In this document: positions 22,118 to 35,243 of the stretch, in pieces | Position numbering within the stretch: position 1 is the stretch's first letter | Layout of the letters: every line of letters starts with the position of its first letter | DNA from: Squalus acanthias | Lineage: Eukaryota | Reading direction: 5' to 3' | NCBI GenBank assembly: GCA_030390025.1 | Contig: CM059431.1 | Coordinates: 128,590,001-128,654,000 of the forward strand | DNA length: 64,000 nucleotides | Translations under genes and position numbers: made by a program | Notes under the pieces: generated by a model | The model's input: only the letters and a program-made list of their open reading frames with translations | What the model was told of the DNA's origin: nothing | Database searches by the model: none

Positions 22118-25100
22118 ACTCAGAGTTTTTGAGCTGGAGTCTGAGGTGCAGACATTGCGGGACATCAGGGATGGGGAGAGTTACCTGGACACTTTGATCC
22201 AGGAGGCAGTCACACCCCTTAGGTAAGGTAGTGGTACAGGTCTGGTTGGTGGTCAGGGACAGGAGGGTGTGACTGCGACTCAGGCAGGTAAGGGGACCCC
22301 AGGTGCAGTGCTGGAGGAGCCTCAGCCTTTGCCCTTGTCCAACAGGTATGAGGTTCTTGCTGCCTGTGTGGATGAGGGAAAAGCCTGTAGGATGGATGAG
22401 CAGGCTGACCATGGCACCATGGTGCAGGAGGCCATTCAAGTGGGGGGAGTGAAAGGGAATGTAGTTGTTGTAGGAGAGAGTATATTCAGGGGGATAGATA
22501 CTGTTCTCTGCAGTCGCAACCGAGAGTACCGAAGGTTGTGTTGCCTGCCAGAGTTAAAGACATCTCCTCACGGCTGGAGAAGAACTTGGAGTGGGAGGGG
22601 GAGGATCCAGTTGTCGTGGTCCATGTAGGAACCAACGACATAGGTAGAACTAGGAATGAGGTTCTGCTGAGGGAGTTTGAGGAGCTAGGATCAAAATTAA
22701 AAAGCAGAACCTCAAAGGTAATAATCTCTGGATTGTTACCTGAGCCACGCGCAAAGTGGCATAGGGACAAACAGATTAGAGATTTAAATGCGTGGCTCAA
22801 AGAGTGGTGTGGAGGATAAGGGTTTCAGTTCATGGGGCACTGGTACCAGTACTGGGGAAAGAGGGAGCTGTTCAATTGGGATGGGCTCCACTTAAACCGG
22901 GCTGGGACCAGTGTCCAGGTGAACCGAATAACTAGGGCAATAGACAGGGCTTCAAACTAATGAAGGGGGGCAGGAGGATTCAGGAAAGAGTAAATTTAAA
23001 ACCAGTGAGAGAAATGTTAAGGCTTTGGAGCAGAGTAGAGTTTTAGATAAAAATAAGCAGAGTGGGTCAGGAAGGGACAGAGAGAGTAACAAAGGTAATA
23101 AGGCATCAGTGACGAAGGTGACATCAGGGAAAAAGAGAAATAAGTCAAAGTTAAAGGCACTATAGCTGAATGCACGAAGCATTCGCAACAAAATAGATGA
23201 ATTAATAGCGCAGCTAGAAATGAACAGGTTTAATTGACTAGAGGCGTGGTTGCAAAGTGGCCAAGGTTGGGAACTAAATATTCCAGGATACATAACTTTT
23301 AGAAGGGACAGGCAAAATGGAAAAGGAGAAGGGGTAGCCCTGATAATAAAGGATGGGATAAAGACAGTAGAGTGAAAGGATCTTAGCTCCAAAAATCAAC
23401 AAGTAGAATCAGTTTGGGTGGAGCTAAGAAACAGCAAGGGGCAGAAAACATTGGTGGGAGTTGTTTATAGTCCCCCAAACAGTAGTTGTAATGTAGGGCA
23501 GAGTATAAATCAGGACATTAGAGGCACATGTAACAAGGTTAATACAATAATCATGGGGAACTTTAATCTACATATAGACTGGGCAAACCAAATTTGCAGT
23601 AATACTGTGGAGGACGAATTCATGGAATTTATGCAAGATAGTTTTCTAGATCAGTATGTTGAGGAACAGGCTATTTTAGATCTAGTATTGTGCAAGGAGA
23701 AAGGGTTAATTAATAACCTTGTAGTAAAGGGGCCTTCTAAAATAGGGAAGAGTGACCATAATATGATAGAATTTTATATTGAGTTTGAAAGTGACTTTGT
23801 TAAATCCGAAACTAGGGTCTTAAATCTAAACAAAGCAAACTATGTAGGTATGAGGGGCGAGTTGCCTAAGGTAGATTGGGAAACTACATTAAAAGGTATG
23901 ACAGTGGACAAGCAATGGCTCGCATTTAAAGAATTAATACATAATTTAAAACAAATATACATTCCTTTAAGGCACAAAAACCCCACACCAATCGTGGCTA
24001 ACAAGAGAAGTTAAAGATAGTATTAGATCAAAGGAAGAGGCTTATAATGCTGCCAAAAAGAGTAGTAAGCCTGAGGATTGGGAGGATTTTAGAATTCAGC
24101 AAAGGAGGACCAAGAAATTGATAAAGAAAGGGAAAATAGAAGAAGAGAATAAACTAGCGAGAGACATAAAAACAGAATGTAAAAGCTTCTATAGCTATGT
24201 AAGAAGGAAAAGATTAGCGAAAGTAAATGTGGGTCCTTTACAGGCTGAGACAGGAGAAATTATAATGGGAAATAAGGAAATGGCAGAGAAATTAAACAAA
24301 TACTTTGTGTCTGTCTTCACAGAAGACGCAAAATACTTCCCGGAAATAGTGGACAACCAAGGGTCTAGCGAGAATGAGGAACTGAAAGATATTAGTATCA
24401 GTAAAAAAGTAGTACTGGAGAAATTAATGGGACTGAAAGCCGATAAATCCCCTGGACCTGATGGCCTACATCCTAGGGTTTTTAAAAGAGTTGGCTGTAG
24501 AGATAGTTGATGCATTGGTTGTCATTTTCCAAAATTCCATAGATTCTAGAACGGCTCCCATGGTTTGGAAGGTAGCAAATGTAACCTCACTATTTAAGAA
24601 GGAAGGAGAGAGAAAACGGGGAACTACAGACCAGTTAGCCTGACATCAGTAGTAGGGAAAATGCTAGAATCTATTATTAAGGACCTGGTAACAGGACACT
24701 TAGAAAATAATAACAGGATTGGACAGAGTCAACACAGATTTATGAAAGGGAAATCGTGTTTGACAAATCTGTTCGAGTTTTTTGAGGTTGCAACTAGCAG
24801 AATAGATAAGGGGGAACCAGTAGATGTGGTGTATTTGGATTTTCAGAAGGCATTCGATAAGGTGCCACACAAGAGGTTTTTAAACAAAATTAGGGCTCAT
24901 GGGGTTGGGGGTAATATACTAGCATGGATTGAGGATTGGTTAACGGACAGAAAACAGAGAGTAGGAATAAATGGGTCATTTTCAGGTTGGCAGGCTGTAA
25001 CTACCACAAGGATCAGTGCTTGGGCCTCAGCTATTCACAATCTACATCAATGATTTGGATGAGGGGACCAAATGTAATATATCCAAATTTGTTGATGATA

Positions 25101-26021
25101 CAAAGCTGGGTGGGAATTTAAGTAGTGAGGAGGATGCAAGAAGGCTTCAGGGGGATATAAACAGGCTAAGTGAGTGGGCAAGAACATGGCAAATGGAATA
25201 TAACATTGAGAAATGTGAAGTTATCCACATTGGTAGGAAAAATAGAAAAGCAGAGTATTTTTTAAATGGTGAGAGATTGGGAAATGTTGATGTTCAGAGG
25301 GACCTGGGTGTCCTTGTACAAGAATCACTGAAAGTTAACATGTAGGTACAGCAAGCAATTAGGAAAGCAAATGGTATGTTGGCCTTTATTACAAGAGGAT
25401 TTGTGTATAAGAGTAAAGACGTCTTAGTGCAATTATATAGGGCCCTGGTGAGACCACACTTGGATTATTGTGTACAGTTTAGGTCTCCTTACCTAAGGAA
25501 GGATATACTTGCTATAGAGGGAGTGCAACAAAGGTTCACCAGACTGGTTCCTGGGATGGGGAGATTGTCCTATGAGGAGAGATTGAGTAGACTAGACCTA
25601 TATTCTCTAGAGTTTAGAAGAATGAGAGGTGATTTCATTGAAACATACAAAGTTCTTACAGGACTTGACAGGGTAGATGCAGGGCGATATTTCCCCTGGC
25701 TGGGAGTCTAGAACCAGGGGTCACAGTCTCAGAATAAGAGGTCGACCATTTAGGACTGAGATGTGGAGAAATTTCTTCACTCAGAGGGTGGTGAATCTTT
25801 GGAATTCTCTACCCCAGAGGGCTGTGGAGGCTCAGTCGTTGAGTTTATTTAAGACAGAGATCAATAGATTTTTGAATATTAAGGGAATTAAGGGATATGG
25901 GAATAGTTCAGGAAAATGGAGATGAGGTAGAAGATCAGCCATGATCTTATTGAATGGCGGAGCAGGCTCGAAGGGCCAAATGGCCTACTCCTGCTGCTAT
26001 TTTTTATGTATGTTCTTATGT
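22118..26021 (+). mobile_element. Near full-length CR1 LINE: ORF1 (SGNH esterase-like) and ORF2 (APE-RT), decayed
   Basis: ORF1: LSNRY, VVGESIFRGID, ARVKD, VVVHVGTND. ORF2 EN and RT motifs from ~23160 to 25925. TTCTTATG tail. Confidence 0.95.
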
Positions 26022-26039
26022 AAAGCATTCTTCAAGTAA

Positions 26040-28118
26040 ATGAGGAGTAAACAAAGGATGCAAACAGGGGTTAACACACTAAAAAATAACAATGGTGCCT
26101 GAAGATAGAAAAAATGCTTAACTAATTAACCGTTAGTTTTCAACAGTGTTCACAAAAGAAATAGTGGTGGGTGGGAGAGGAGATAAATTCCAGAGTTGGA
26201 GTACAGTTTAAAGGTGAATGTAGACTGAAAAATGTTAAACTCACAAGGGAGGGTGTGTTGGGGAAGTTGTTGAAACTCAAATAGCTAAGGCTTGTGGCTC
26301 CGACAACTTTCATTTCACGATTCTGAACGAATTGGCTCAAGCATTTGCAAATCTTCTTGCGGATATTCTTCAGAGCTCACTGTATTCAAGCCAAATCCCG
26401 CAGGATTGGAAAATAGCAAATGTGACACCCATCTTCAAAAAAGGAGCAGGTGATGAACTAAGAAATAATAGTTCTAAGGGGGAAAAATTCAGTATCAACC
26501 ATTTTGGGGCGTTAACATCGCCTGGGGGCTAACTTTAGCACCGGCGACCGCGAAATTGTGTTTTGGCGCCCCAAGAGGAAAGTGGAGCGCTGAATCAAGC
26601 ACTCCACTTCCTTCTTAGGGCGCTAACGTCGGAGAGCGGGGCGGAGACTTCAGCAGCGCTGCACACTGGGCCGTGCAGCACTGCCGCGTTCAAAGGCTCC
26701 TTCCCTCCCTTAAAGGGAAGGGCCATCGCTGCAGGCTCTGCAATTTTAAAAGTACCTACCTGGACCACCAAGGCAACTGCGATCCTGCACAATCAGCCCG
26801 GCACTCAAGCAGAGTACCGGGCGGATCGATCGCGGGCAGGAACCTACAAAAAACCTGGAACAAGAAAGGTAAGTTTTTTTTTACTTACCTCGGCCACCTC
26901 GCCTTTAATCATCGACCCCAAATTCCGGCCGCCTGATGCACGCCTCCTGCAGCTGTCGGTGATTTCGACCGGCGCTGCTGCAGGGGACAGAAATCAATTT
27001 CGGGTCTGGGGCGCTGCTGGGGAAATGCGCCAGGCGATGACGTCACGATCTCCGGGCAAAGGAGATTGGGGCGCAACGCCGTAGCGCCGCCGTAAAACTC
27101 TGCCGAATATGGCGGGAATCGATGTCAGCGCCGCGCCCGGTCGCAAAGCCATTTGCGCCCCGTTAGCACCCCGGGAGGCACAAAGACACCCAATTTTGCC
27201 TCTTATAAGCCTTACTTCCATTGTTGGGGAAGAGTTTTATAAGTTTTATGAGGAATCATCTTGAGGGCCATGAGCTAATCCAACACTGTCAGCATGGTTT
27301 AAGGGGTGGGAGGTCATGCTTGACTAATTTATTGGATTTCTTTCAGAACTTAGTAGATAGTAGATGTTATCTACCTGGATTTCATGAAGGCATTTGGCAC
27401 CGTCCCACATAATAGCTGCTACATAAGATCTAAACTAATGGGACAGAGCAGAATGTATTAAAATGGAATGGGAAATGGTTGGTTGGCAGACAACAATGAG
27501 TAGTAATGCGTGGGCTGGTATCTGGTTGGCAGCTAGTTATCAGTGGAGTGCCGCAAGGTTCAGTGTTGGGGCTGCTGTTGCTTATACATTCCATAAATGA
27601 TTTAGAGGAGAGAATTGTGTACAAATTCATAGAAGATACCAAATGGGAGAAGTGACAAATGATGAATATGCACACATCTTCAAGTGGATCTCGACAAGCT
27701 CGATCAATGGGGCAAGAAATGGCAGATGCAGATTAATCCAGGGAATTGTAAGATTATGAGGGGAAAGGTTAATGTGGATTATGTGCTAAATAGGAATGTA
27801 CTTAATTTATCAGAGCAGGAGAGAGATCTTGGGGTTTTAGTGAAAGTTCACCAAAACCATCAGCACAATGTTTCCAGGCTGTTCAAAAAGGCAAAAAGAA
27901 TGTTGGGGTGCACAGCAAATGGTATAACATATATATCCAGAGAAGTCATTTTAAAACTGTATCTGGCCACAGTGAGACCACATCTGGAGTACTGCATGCA
28001 TTTCCAAAAAAGATATTCAATTATTGGAGGGGGTACAGAAAAGGGTTACAGGGCTGATCTCAGAACTTAAGGGAATGATGTATGAGGAAAGATTGACTAC
28101 TCTGGGTCTTTTACATAG
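26040..28118 (+). mobile_element. Old decayed CR1 RT segment split by a MITE
   Basis: DWKIANVTPIFKKG, RSCLTNLLDFF, WGKKWQMQIN, VRPHLEYCM. Confidence 0.8.
26478..27203. mobile_element. GC-rich Harbinger-type MITE (~725 bp)
   Basis: GGGGGAAAAATTC.. / ..CAATTTTGCCTCT; flanks TAA and TAT; CpG-rich; interrupts the CR1. Confidence 0.75.
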
Positions 28119-28127
28119 AGTTTTATA

Positions 28128-29410
28128 GGCCCAAATTCTTACATTGAAGAGAGTGAGGGTTCACGAACGGGTCGGCAGTTAAAAGTGCTGAAATTGACAG
28201 TGCGCAGCAACCCGCCTTCATCCCGCCGACTTCTGCCTTTAAATCGAGCGCGTTTCCCAGTGCGCCACAGACCCGCTCGGGAGAGGCGGTTGTCCTCATT
28301 GAAGTGTTTAACAGCTCACTGAGAGACCTTTAAGAGGCTTTTTAACCCACGGACTTCCTGTACCTCGCCTGTGAGGGCAAGACGAGAGCTCAGTGGCCAT
28401 TGTACGAGTTCATTCATTGACAGCTGGAAAATGCACATAAATACACACACCTTACGTCTGCTTCCTTGTCTAAGGGAAAGGCTCTTGCTGACTCCACTTT
28501 GTGCAGAGATTTTGCCCTCAGGAGTTTGCTGGTGATTTCTGCAGCCTTGGAATGCACTCTCACTACATTGGAGTATTGTGCCTCTGATCTCCACTTTACC
28601 TGGCATCTATCAGATCCGCATGGGTGTCGCTTATGCTGTTTCACCTTGGACCTCAGATTCGGACCAAGATGACCCCCAGCACCAAAACACCAGCAGCAGC
28701 AGCTGTAGCAGCAGCAGCCCTCTCCTCTCCACAGGAGATCGGGGATCAGCACAGGAGTGCACTGTGCCGGAGGCGATACCCCCAACACAGGTTATACGGG
28801 CAGAGGATGAGGTTCCTGGACATGACTGAACAGCAGTGCTTCAGGAGGCTCAGGCTTTCGTGCCAGGTCATGGCAGACATTTGTAGCCTGCTGGAAGAAG
28901 ACTTGCTGCCAAGTTTGCCTGGTGGACTTTGGCACTGATGAAGCCAATGTTACTGCGTGGGTGCTTGGCTTTGCGGCTCTGGCTGGCTTCCCACAGGTGC
29001 AGGGCATCATCGACTGCATACACGTGGCCATCAAGGCTCCCCCACATCACCCAGGAATGTTTGTGAACTGCAAGGGCTTCCATTCCCTCAATGTGCAGCT
29101 TGTCTGCAACCACAAGAAGATCATCATGCATGTGTGTGTCAGATTCCCAGGGGGCTATCATGACTCTTTCAGCCTGTGTCTGTCTGCATGGAGACAAGGG
29201 CTATCCACTGAAGACGTGGTTAATGACACCCTTGAGGAGGCCAAGCAATGAGGCCGAGGAGCGCTATAATGAAAGCCTCATGATGACCAGATGTGTAATG
29301 GAGCAAGCAATCGGCATGCAGAAGATGCACTTCAGATGTCTTGCATGGGTCTGCTGACAGTGCACCTCAGAGGCTGGAGCTTCCTCTGAGGAGTGGTCTT
29401 CCTCCTCTGG
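28128..29410 (+). mobile_element. Harbinger with an internally deleted transposase (ATG 28620), related to 36586-43180 in opposite orientation
   Basis: [69 protein letters not shown]. First ~500 bp match the reverse complement of ~42655-43180. Confidence 0.9.
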
Positions 29411-29488
29411 GCGGGGTGCGGGGTGGGGGGGGCGGTGGGGTGGGAGGCAGGGAGGCACTTGATAGACCGGTGGGAGAGTAAAGACATG

Positions 29489-32252
29489 GGGGAAGAAATT
29501 CCCCTCCATTGCACCTCCCATGGGGGGCGCTAATGGGGCACAAAGGCCTTTTCGCCCGGGCGCAGAGCTGACCCCACCTCCCGCCAAATTCCGCGGGAGG
29601 TTAGCAGCGGCACTACCGGGTTGCGCCCTGATCTAATGTGCCCGAAGTTCATGACATCATCTCTGGGCGCATCGCCCCGGTAGTGTCCCGGTTTTCGCTG
29701 TGGAGAGATGGAGGGCGGTGCTCTACCCGGGAAGTGGCAGGAGGCCCTCACCGCAAGTCTTCCATGCCATGTGGAGGGAGGTAGCGCAACATGTCTCGGG
29801 CAGCACTGTGGTCCCCAGGAACCACACACAGTGCAGGAAGAAATTTAACGACCTCGCTCGGGTGGTCAGGGTGAGTCAATGCTTCAACAAATGCTACATA
29901 CCACCGTCTGAACCACAGTCTACATCCACTGCCCAAAGCATCACACCCCCAGCACTCACCCACCAACAATCTCTACCTAACAACACTCACACCCACATCT
30001 CACACCTTGTACACGATGACAGCTATTCAACTATGGCAGGCACATCACCCAAACACATTGCTCTACACTCACTCACACACTTGTCTTTCTCTTGCAGGCC
30101 AAGGTGACTCACAACAGGAGGAAGCACGAGCGCACAGGCGGGGGACAAGCCGACACCCAACCACTGTCTGCGCTGGAGAATAGAGTGCTGGAGATTATTG
30201 GGCGCCAGGTGGTGGGTGCCGTGGACACCGGCGACGTTGATCCTCTTGGGGACAACAACGGTATGTTCATCCCTACTCCTTCTTCTCACATCCCACTTCC
30301 TCTTCACCCCACAAGCGTTTCGCACTTTCCAGCTAATCATGCTGTATGCATGCCTTTCTCCCTTCCTGCCCCCCTCCCCTCCCCTTAGCCCGACCTTTGT
30401 GCCTTTATGCTTTCAGATAATCAGCAAGCACCTGAGCAGCCTGTCCCTGAGGGCACCGTAGAGAGCGAGCCGTGAGAAGAAGAGAACCTCGATGGGGAGG
30501 CCTTTAGAAGAAGGGTGATGGGCATGCACACAGAGATGATAGGTGCAATGGCAAGGGTGACCGAGAGCCTCTCAGCAATGATAAGGAGTGTGGAGGAGTC
30601 TGCCTCCAACATTGCACAAGGCTCTGTGCACACCATGGAGCCTAACATTTGCAGTCTGCAAAGGATGGTAGACTCCCAGAGAGACCGTGGCGACCCAGAC
30701 CTGATGCCGTGTGTAATGGGCTTCCATTGCAGCACAGGTGGAAGTGACGCAACGTCTTAGTGCTGTAATGCAGTCTATGCTTGGTGGCATCCAGTCTCAG
30801 ACTGCTCTCATGCATTCTCAGCTTGATGCCACACAAGCTCTGACTGCTGGCATTGTGGCTGTGTCTACCACCATCGACCAGGGTTTCACGGTGTCGCAGC
30901 AGGCCAGCAATCTGTGCTCCAACTGATTGCTAGGGATACTGAGGTGCAGCCCCGGGGGAGTGGCAGTGGGTCAGTGGAGCAGGAACCTGCTGTCCTCTTC
31001 CTGGATGATGGCATTCCTGCTCCCACCACTGGCACTCTGCCATTGCCCTTGTCTCTGCCTGTCATCCAGCCAGCCCAGACTGCTGCCGCCCATGCTGAGG
31101 TGGTGCAGTCTGCTGCCGGGCCTTCCAAGTCCAGAGCTGATCGAGAGCGTCCTGCAAGGCCATCTGAAGTCTCCCGCACGGACACTCAGCAGACTTCCAC
31201 CAGCCCTGCTGCAGCCACAGGGCCAACACTTCGTAGGAGCACTAGAGTAGGCAAAGGCACAGTAACGAGAGGCACTAAGGGATTGCACAAGGGTGAATTA
31301 TTAATATGTTTGTTGTAAATATGTGTTCACTGATTTTTGATAAAGTTATTAATTCTGTTTGGATTCTTTTGTGGTGTCTCTCATTTCAGCTTTGTGCTGT
31401 GATATGGCCTGCAACAGGGATGGAATGATGGGTATGTGGTGAGCAAAGGGGATGTGGGCTTTAAGTCATCCTGGTGTGAGGCTGGAGGTCTGTTTGAAAG
31501 AGATGGCAGAGTTCTGTGACCACCTCCTCGGTGAGGTGGAGCCATCTAATACACTGCTCCTCACTTCATTGAAGGTAGGAGAAGTGCTGTTGGAATACCC
31601 TTGGAGGGTAAGGCATCCTGGTGAGAGCCCTGATTTTCCTCCTCATCTCTCTGTGCACATGTTGCCGTATTTCTCGCTGCCTATGCTCCCTCTGCCGTAG
31701 ATCCTGGAGGGCGAGGTGGCATGCCAGTACAGCCACCATTAATGTTACCAAGTGTAGCAGTTTGAATCTTTGAACAATAAATGTAACTACCTTTTAGTTG
31801 CCAGAAGACTCCGGTTACAAAAGAACCTTCAAATTACTCAATGAAACTGTAGCAGTGGGTGAAACTGACAAGAAACCACTGAAAATACACTAACCTGACA
31901 GCTGCGAGTGATTACTGATGACCCTTTAAAAAACTTCCCTGGAGCCAGCTTCCTGGTGCTGCACGCCAGCACTCCCTGGCCAGCTCTCCCTGTTGGTGTT
32001 TACTCCGGCACTGAAGTAGGTGGCAAGAATCAATTTAGCAAATCGGGCGGTCAGTGAGCATTGCACACTCACTGATGTCACGATCTACCTGGTGTTGATG
32101 TTCCCGGTGATACTTCTTACAGTCGGTGCAACGGGGGGTGGGGGGGGGGCGGGGGGCGGATTTAATCTCTCCATTGCAATACTGCTATAACGCCCCATTA
32201 GCTTCATCTACTGCCGCTAACAAGAGGCACTAAGGGGACAAATATTTCCCCC
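29489..32252 (+). mobile_element. Harbinger with a three-exon Myb/SANT gene (+) and only the N-terminus of the transposase (-)
   Basis: TIRs GGGGAAGAAATTC / GGGGGAAATATTT (rc). Minus-strand RALTRMPYPPRVF at ~31570-31750. Flanks do not give a clean TSD. Confidence 0.85.
29700..31318 (+). pseudogene. Myb/SANT-like gene: exons ~29700-29870, 30098-30260 and 30417-31318 (5' end missing; exon 3 has a stop and a frameshift)
   Basis: WREVAQHVSGSTVVPRNHTQCRKKFNDLARVVR|gtgagt; ttgcag|AKVTHNRRKHERTGGG..LSALE..|gtatgt; tttcag acceptor at 30416. Confidence 0.8.
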
Positions 32253-32610
32253 AGAAAGTGAACGTCATGGGACAAAAGAACTTGAAAAATGTACCTCTTA
32301 ACAGACATAATGTGACACCATACCATTAAAATGAAAAAGTTTTGGTATTTTTCTGTCACTTTCTAGTCAGAATAATAATCCAGTTCAAAAGATGTTCTTA
32401 ATAGAAACAGTCAAGCACTCGTTGAAAGAAAATGAACACAAATGCTGATGCGATATGAAGCATCCGCTAATAGAACAAAATGCCCAACACTCTCTCAAAT
32501 GTCAATCTTGACTCTTCTGATGACTCTCTTTGTGTAGCACCATCTATACACAGGAGAGCAGTCTGAAGGTTTTCTTAGTGATATTGCTGTAAAATACAGG
32601 TGTCCAGAGT

Positions 32611-33210
32611 ATGAAGGGACGCTTTGATGATCAGGCACTGGAAGCGCTTATCCAGAAAGTAAGGAAGAAGAGCAGTATTGTGTGGAACCAGAAGTTCCTG
32701 GTGCAACAGGCTTGAGAACAAATAGCAGATGGTGAATTGAGTCACCAGAATTCATTGCACCTGGAAAGATATGAGGAAGAAAGATGTCTGAGCTCAAGAA
32801 AGCAGCTTAGGTAAAGCGAAGATGTGATTTGGAATGCCAAGCACCTCTCAGAAGTAGACATGCAAAAACATACCTGTAAATCATTTTGTATTGAACAATC
32901 ATAACCATTAATAGGCTAACCTATTCAGTACTGCCATGACAGAAACTGGACTCTGAAAGCTTACCTTGCATGACCATACTTCCATGTGAGAAATAGAATG
33001 ATTAAATATATGAATCAAACTGTGGGCCCAAAAAGTCTTAAAGGGCATTCACAGAAAAACTTAGCGACATGATACATACTTAATTAGTATCATACAGGAT
33101 GACCGATTGGATGCGCAACTGTATATTACTTTGCTAATTGCAAAATCTCAAAAATGCTTCTGTGTGCAGATGAAACATAATAGAATGGAGCAGACCAGAA
33201 ATGGAGGAAG
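32611..33210 (+). pseudogene. Ancient Harbinger Myb/SANT relic (exon 1 to 32810, start of exon 2 at ~33170)
   Basis: MKGRFDDQALEALIQKVRKK..QA*EQIAD..TWKDMRKK..|gtaaag, then gtgcag|MKHNRMEQTRNGG. Confidence 0.6.
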
Positions 33211-33215
33211 TGTCA

Positions 33216-35243
33216 GGTTCACGAATGTCCTTTAGGGAAGGAAAGCTGCCGTCCTTACTTGGTCTGGTCTATATGTGACTCCAGAGCCACAGCAATGTAG
33301 TTGTCTCTTAATTGCCCTCTAAAATGGCCTAGCAAGCCATTCAGTTGTGCCAAACTGCTATGGAAAACTATAATAATAAAAAAATTAGAGCGACCATCCG
33401 ACATTGATGCCAGGCATCAGAATCGGACATGACAAAGGCACACCCATGTCAGTCAACCTCACAATGTCCTCTTCACTAACATCTGGGGGGGGTGCCAAAA
33501 TTGGGAGAGCTGTTCCACAGACTAGTTGAGAAACAGCCTCACAACAACAATAACAACAACATATATTTATGTAGCGCCTTTAATGTAATAAAACGTCCCA
33601 AGGCGATTCACAGCCATGTTAGCAAAACAAAATTGACACCAATCCACAAAAGGAGATATTAGGTTTTAAGGAATCACAGAATCATACCTTTCAGCCAATG
33701 TCCGAGACTCCTCCATCACCATCCCTGGGTATGTCCTTTCCCACCAGCAGGACAGACCCACCAGAGGTATACAGTCAGGAGGGAGTGACCCTGGGAGTCC
33801 TCAAAATTGACTCTGGACCCCATGAAGTCTCATGCCATCAGGTCAAGCATGGGCAAGGAAACCTCCTGCTGATTATCACCTACCGCCCTCCCTCAGCTGA
33901 TGAATCTGCTCGTCCATGTTGAACACCACTTGGAAGAAGCACTGAGGGTAGCAAGGGCACAGAATGCATTCTGGGTGGGGGACTTCAATGTCCATCACCA
34001 AGAGTGGCTCGGTAGCACCACTACTGACCGAGCTGGCCGAGTCCTGAAGGACATAGCTGCCAGACTGGGCCTGCAGCAGGTGGTGAGAGAACCAATACGA
34101 GAGAAAAACCTACTTGACCTCGTCCTCACCAATCTACCTGTCACAGATGCATCTGTCCATGACAGTATTGGTAGGAGTGACCACCGCACATTCCTTGTGG
34201 AGACGAAGTCCCACCTTCAAACTGAGGACACCCTCCATCGTGTTGTGTGGCACTATCGGCATGCTAAATGGGATAGATTCAGAACAGATCTAGCAGCTCA
34301 AAATTGGGCATTCATGAGGCGCTGTGAATCATCAGCAGCAGCAGAATTGTATTCTACCACAATCTGTAACCTCATGGCCCAGCATATCCCTCACTCAATT
34401 TTTACCATTAAACCAGGGGAACCAACCCTTGTTCAAAGAAGAGTGTAGAAAAGCATGCCAGCAACAGCACCAAGCGTACCTAAAAATGAGGTGCCAACCT
34501 GGTGAAGCTTCAGCACAGGAGTACATACATGCTGAACAGCGGAAGCAGCATGCTATAGACAGAGCTAAGAGATCCCACAATCAATGGATCAGATCAAAGT
34601 TCTGCAGTCCTGGCACATCTAGTCAGTAATGCTGATGGACAATTAAACAACTAACCGGACCCCATCCTCGATGATGGTGGAGCCCAGCACGTGAGTGCTA
34701 AAGACAAGGCTGAAGCATTTGCAACAATCTGCAGCCAGACGTGTCAAGTGGCTGATCCTTCTCAGCCTCCTCCTGAGGTCCCCACCATCACAGAAGCCAG
34801 TCTTCAGCCAATTCGATTCACTCCACATGATATCAAGTAACGGCTGAACACACTGGATACAGCAAAGGCTATGGGCCCCGACAACATCCCGGCTGTCCTG
34901 CTGAAGACCTGTTCTCCAGAACTAGCTGCACCTCTAGCCAAGCTGCTCCTGTATAGCTGCAACACTGGAAACGACCCAACAAAGTGGAAAATCGCCCAGG
35001 TATGTCCTGTCCACAAAAAGCGGGACAAATCCAATCCGGCCAATTACCGCCCCATCAGCCTAATCTCAATCATCAGAAAAGTGATGGAAGGTGGTTGTCG
35101 ACAGTGCTATCAAGCGGCACTTACCAATAAACTGCTCACCGATGCTCAGTTTGGGTTCCGCTAGGACAACTAGGCTCCAGACCACATTACAGCCTTGGTC
35201 CAATCTTGAACAAAGGAGCTGAATTCCTCAGGTGATGTGAGGT
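33216..35243 (+). mobile_element. Second copy of the 14369-17682 LINE family, truncated at both ends
   Basis: Colinear with ~14557-16450, including the SINE-like 5' body and its junction to the EN domain (VLFTNIWG; WVGDFNVHH; SIGRSDH; NYRPISL). Confidence 0.9.
33541..33670 (-). mobile_element. Short probable L2-type 3' end inserted in the EN region
   Basis: (AAC)n followed by ATTTATGTAGCGCCTTTAATGTAATAAAACGTCCCAAGGCG; homologous to the copy at 19126. Confidence 0.6.
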
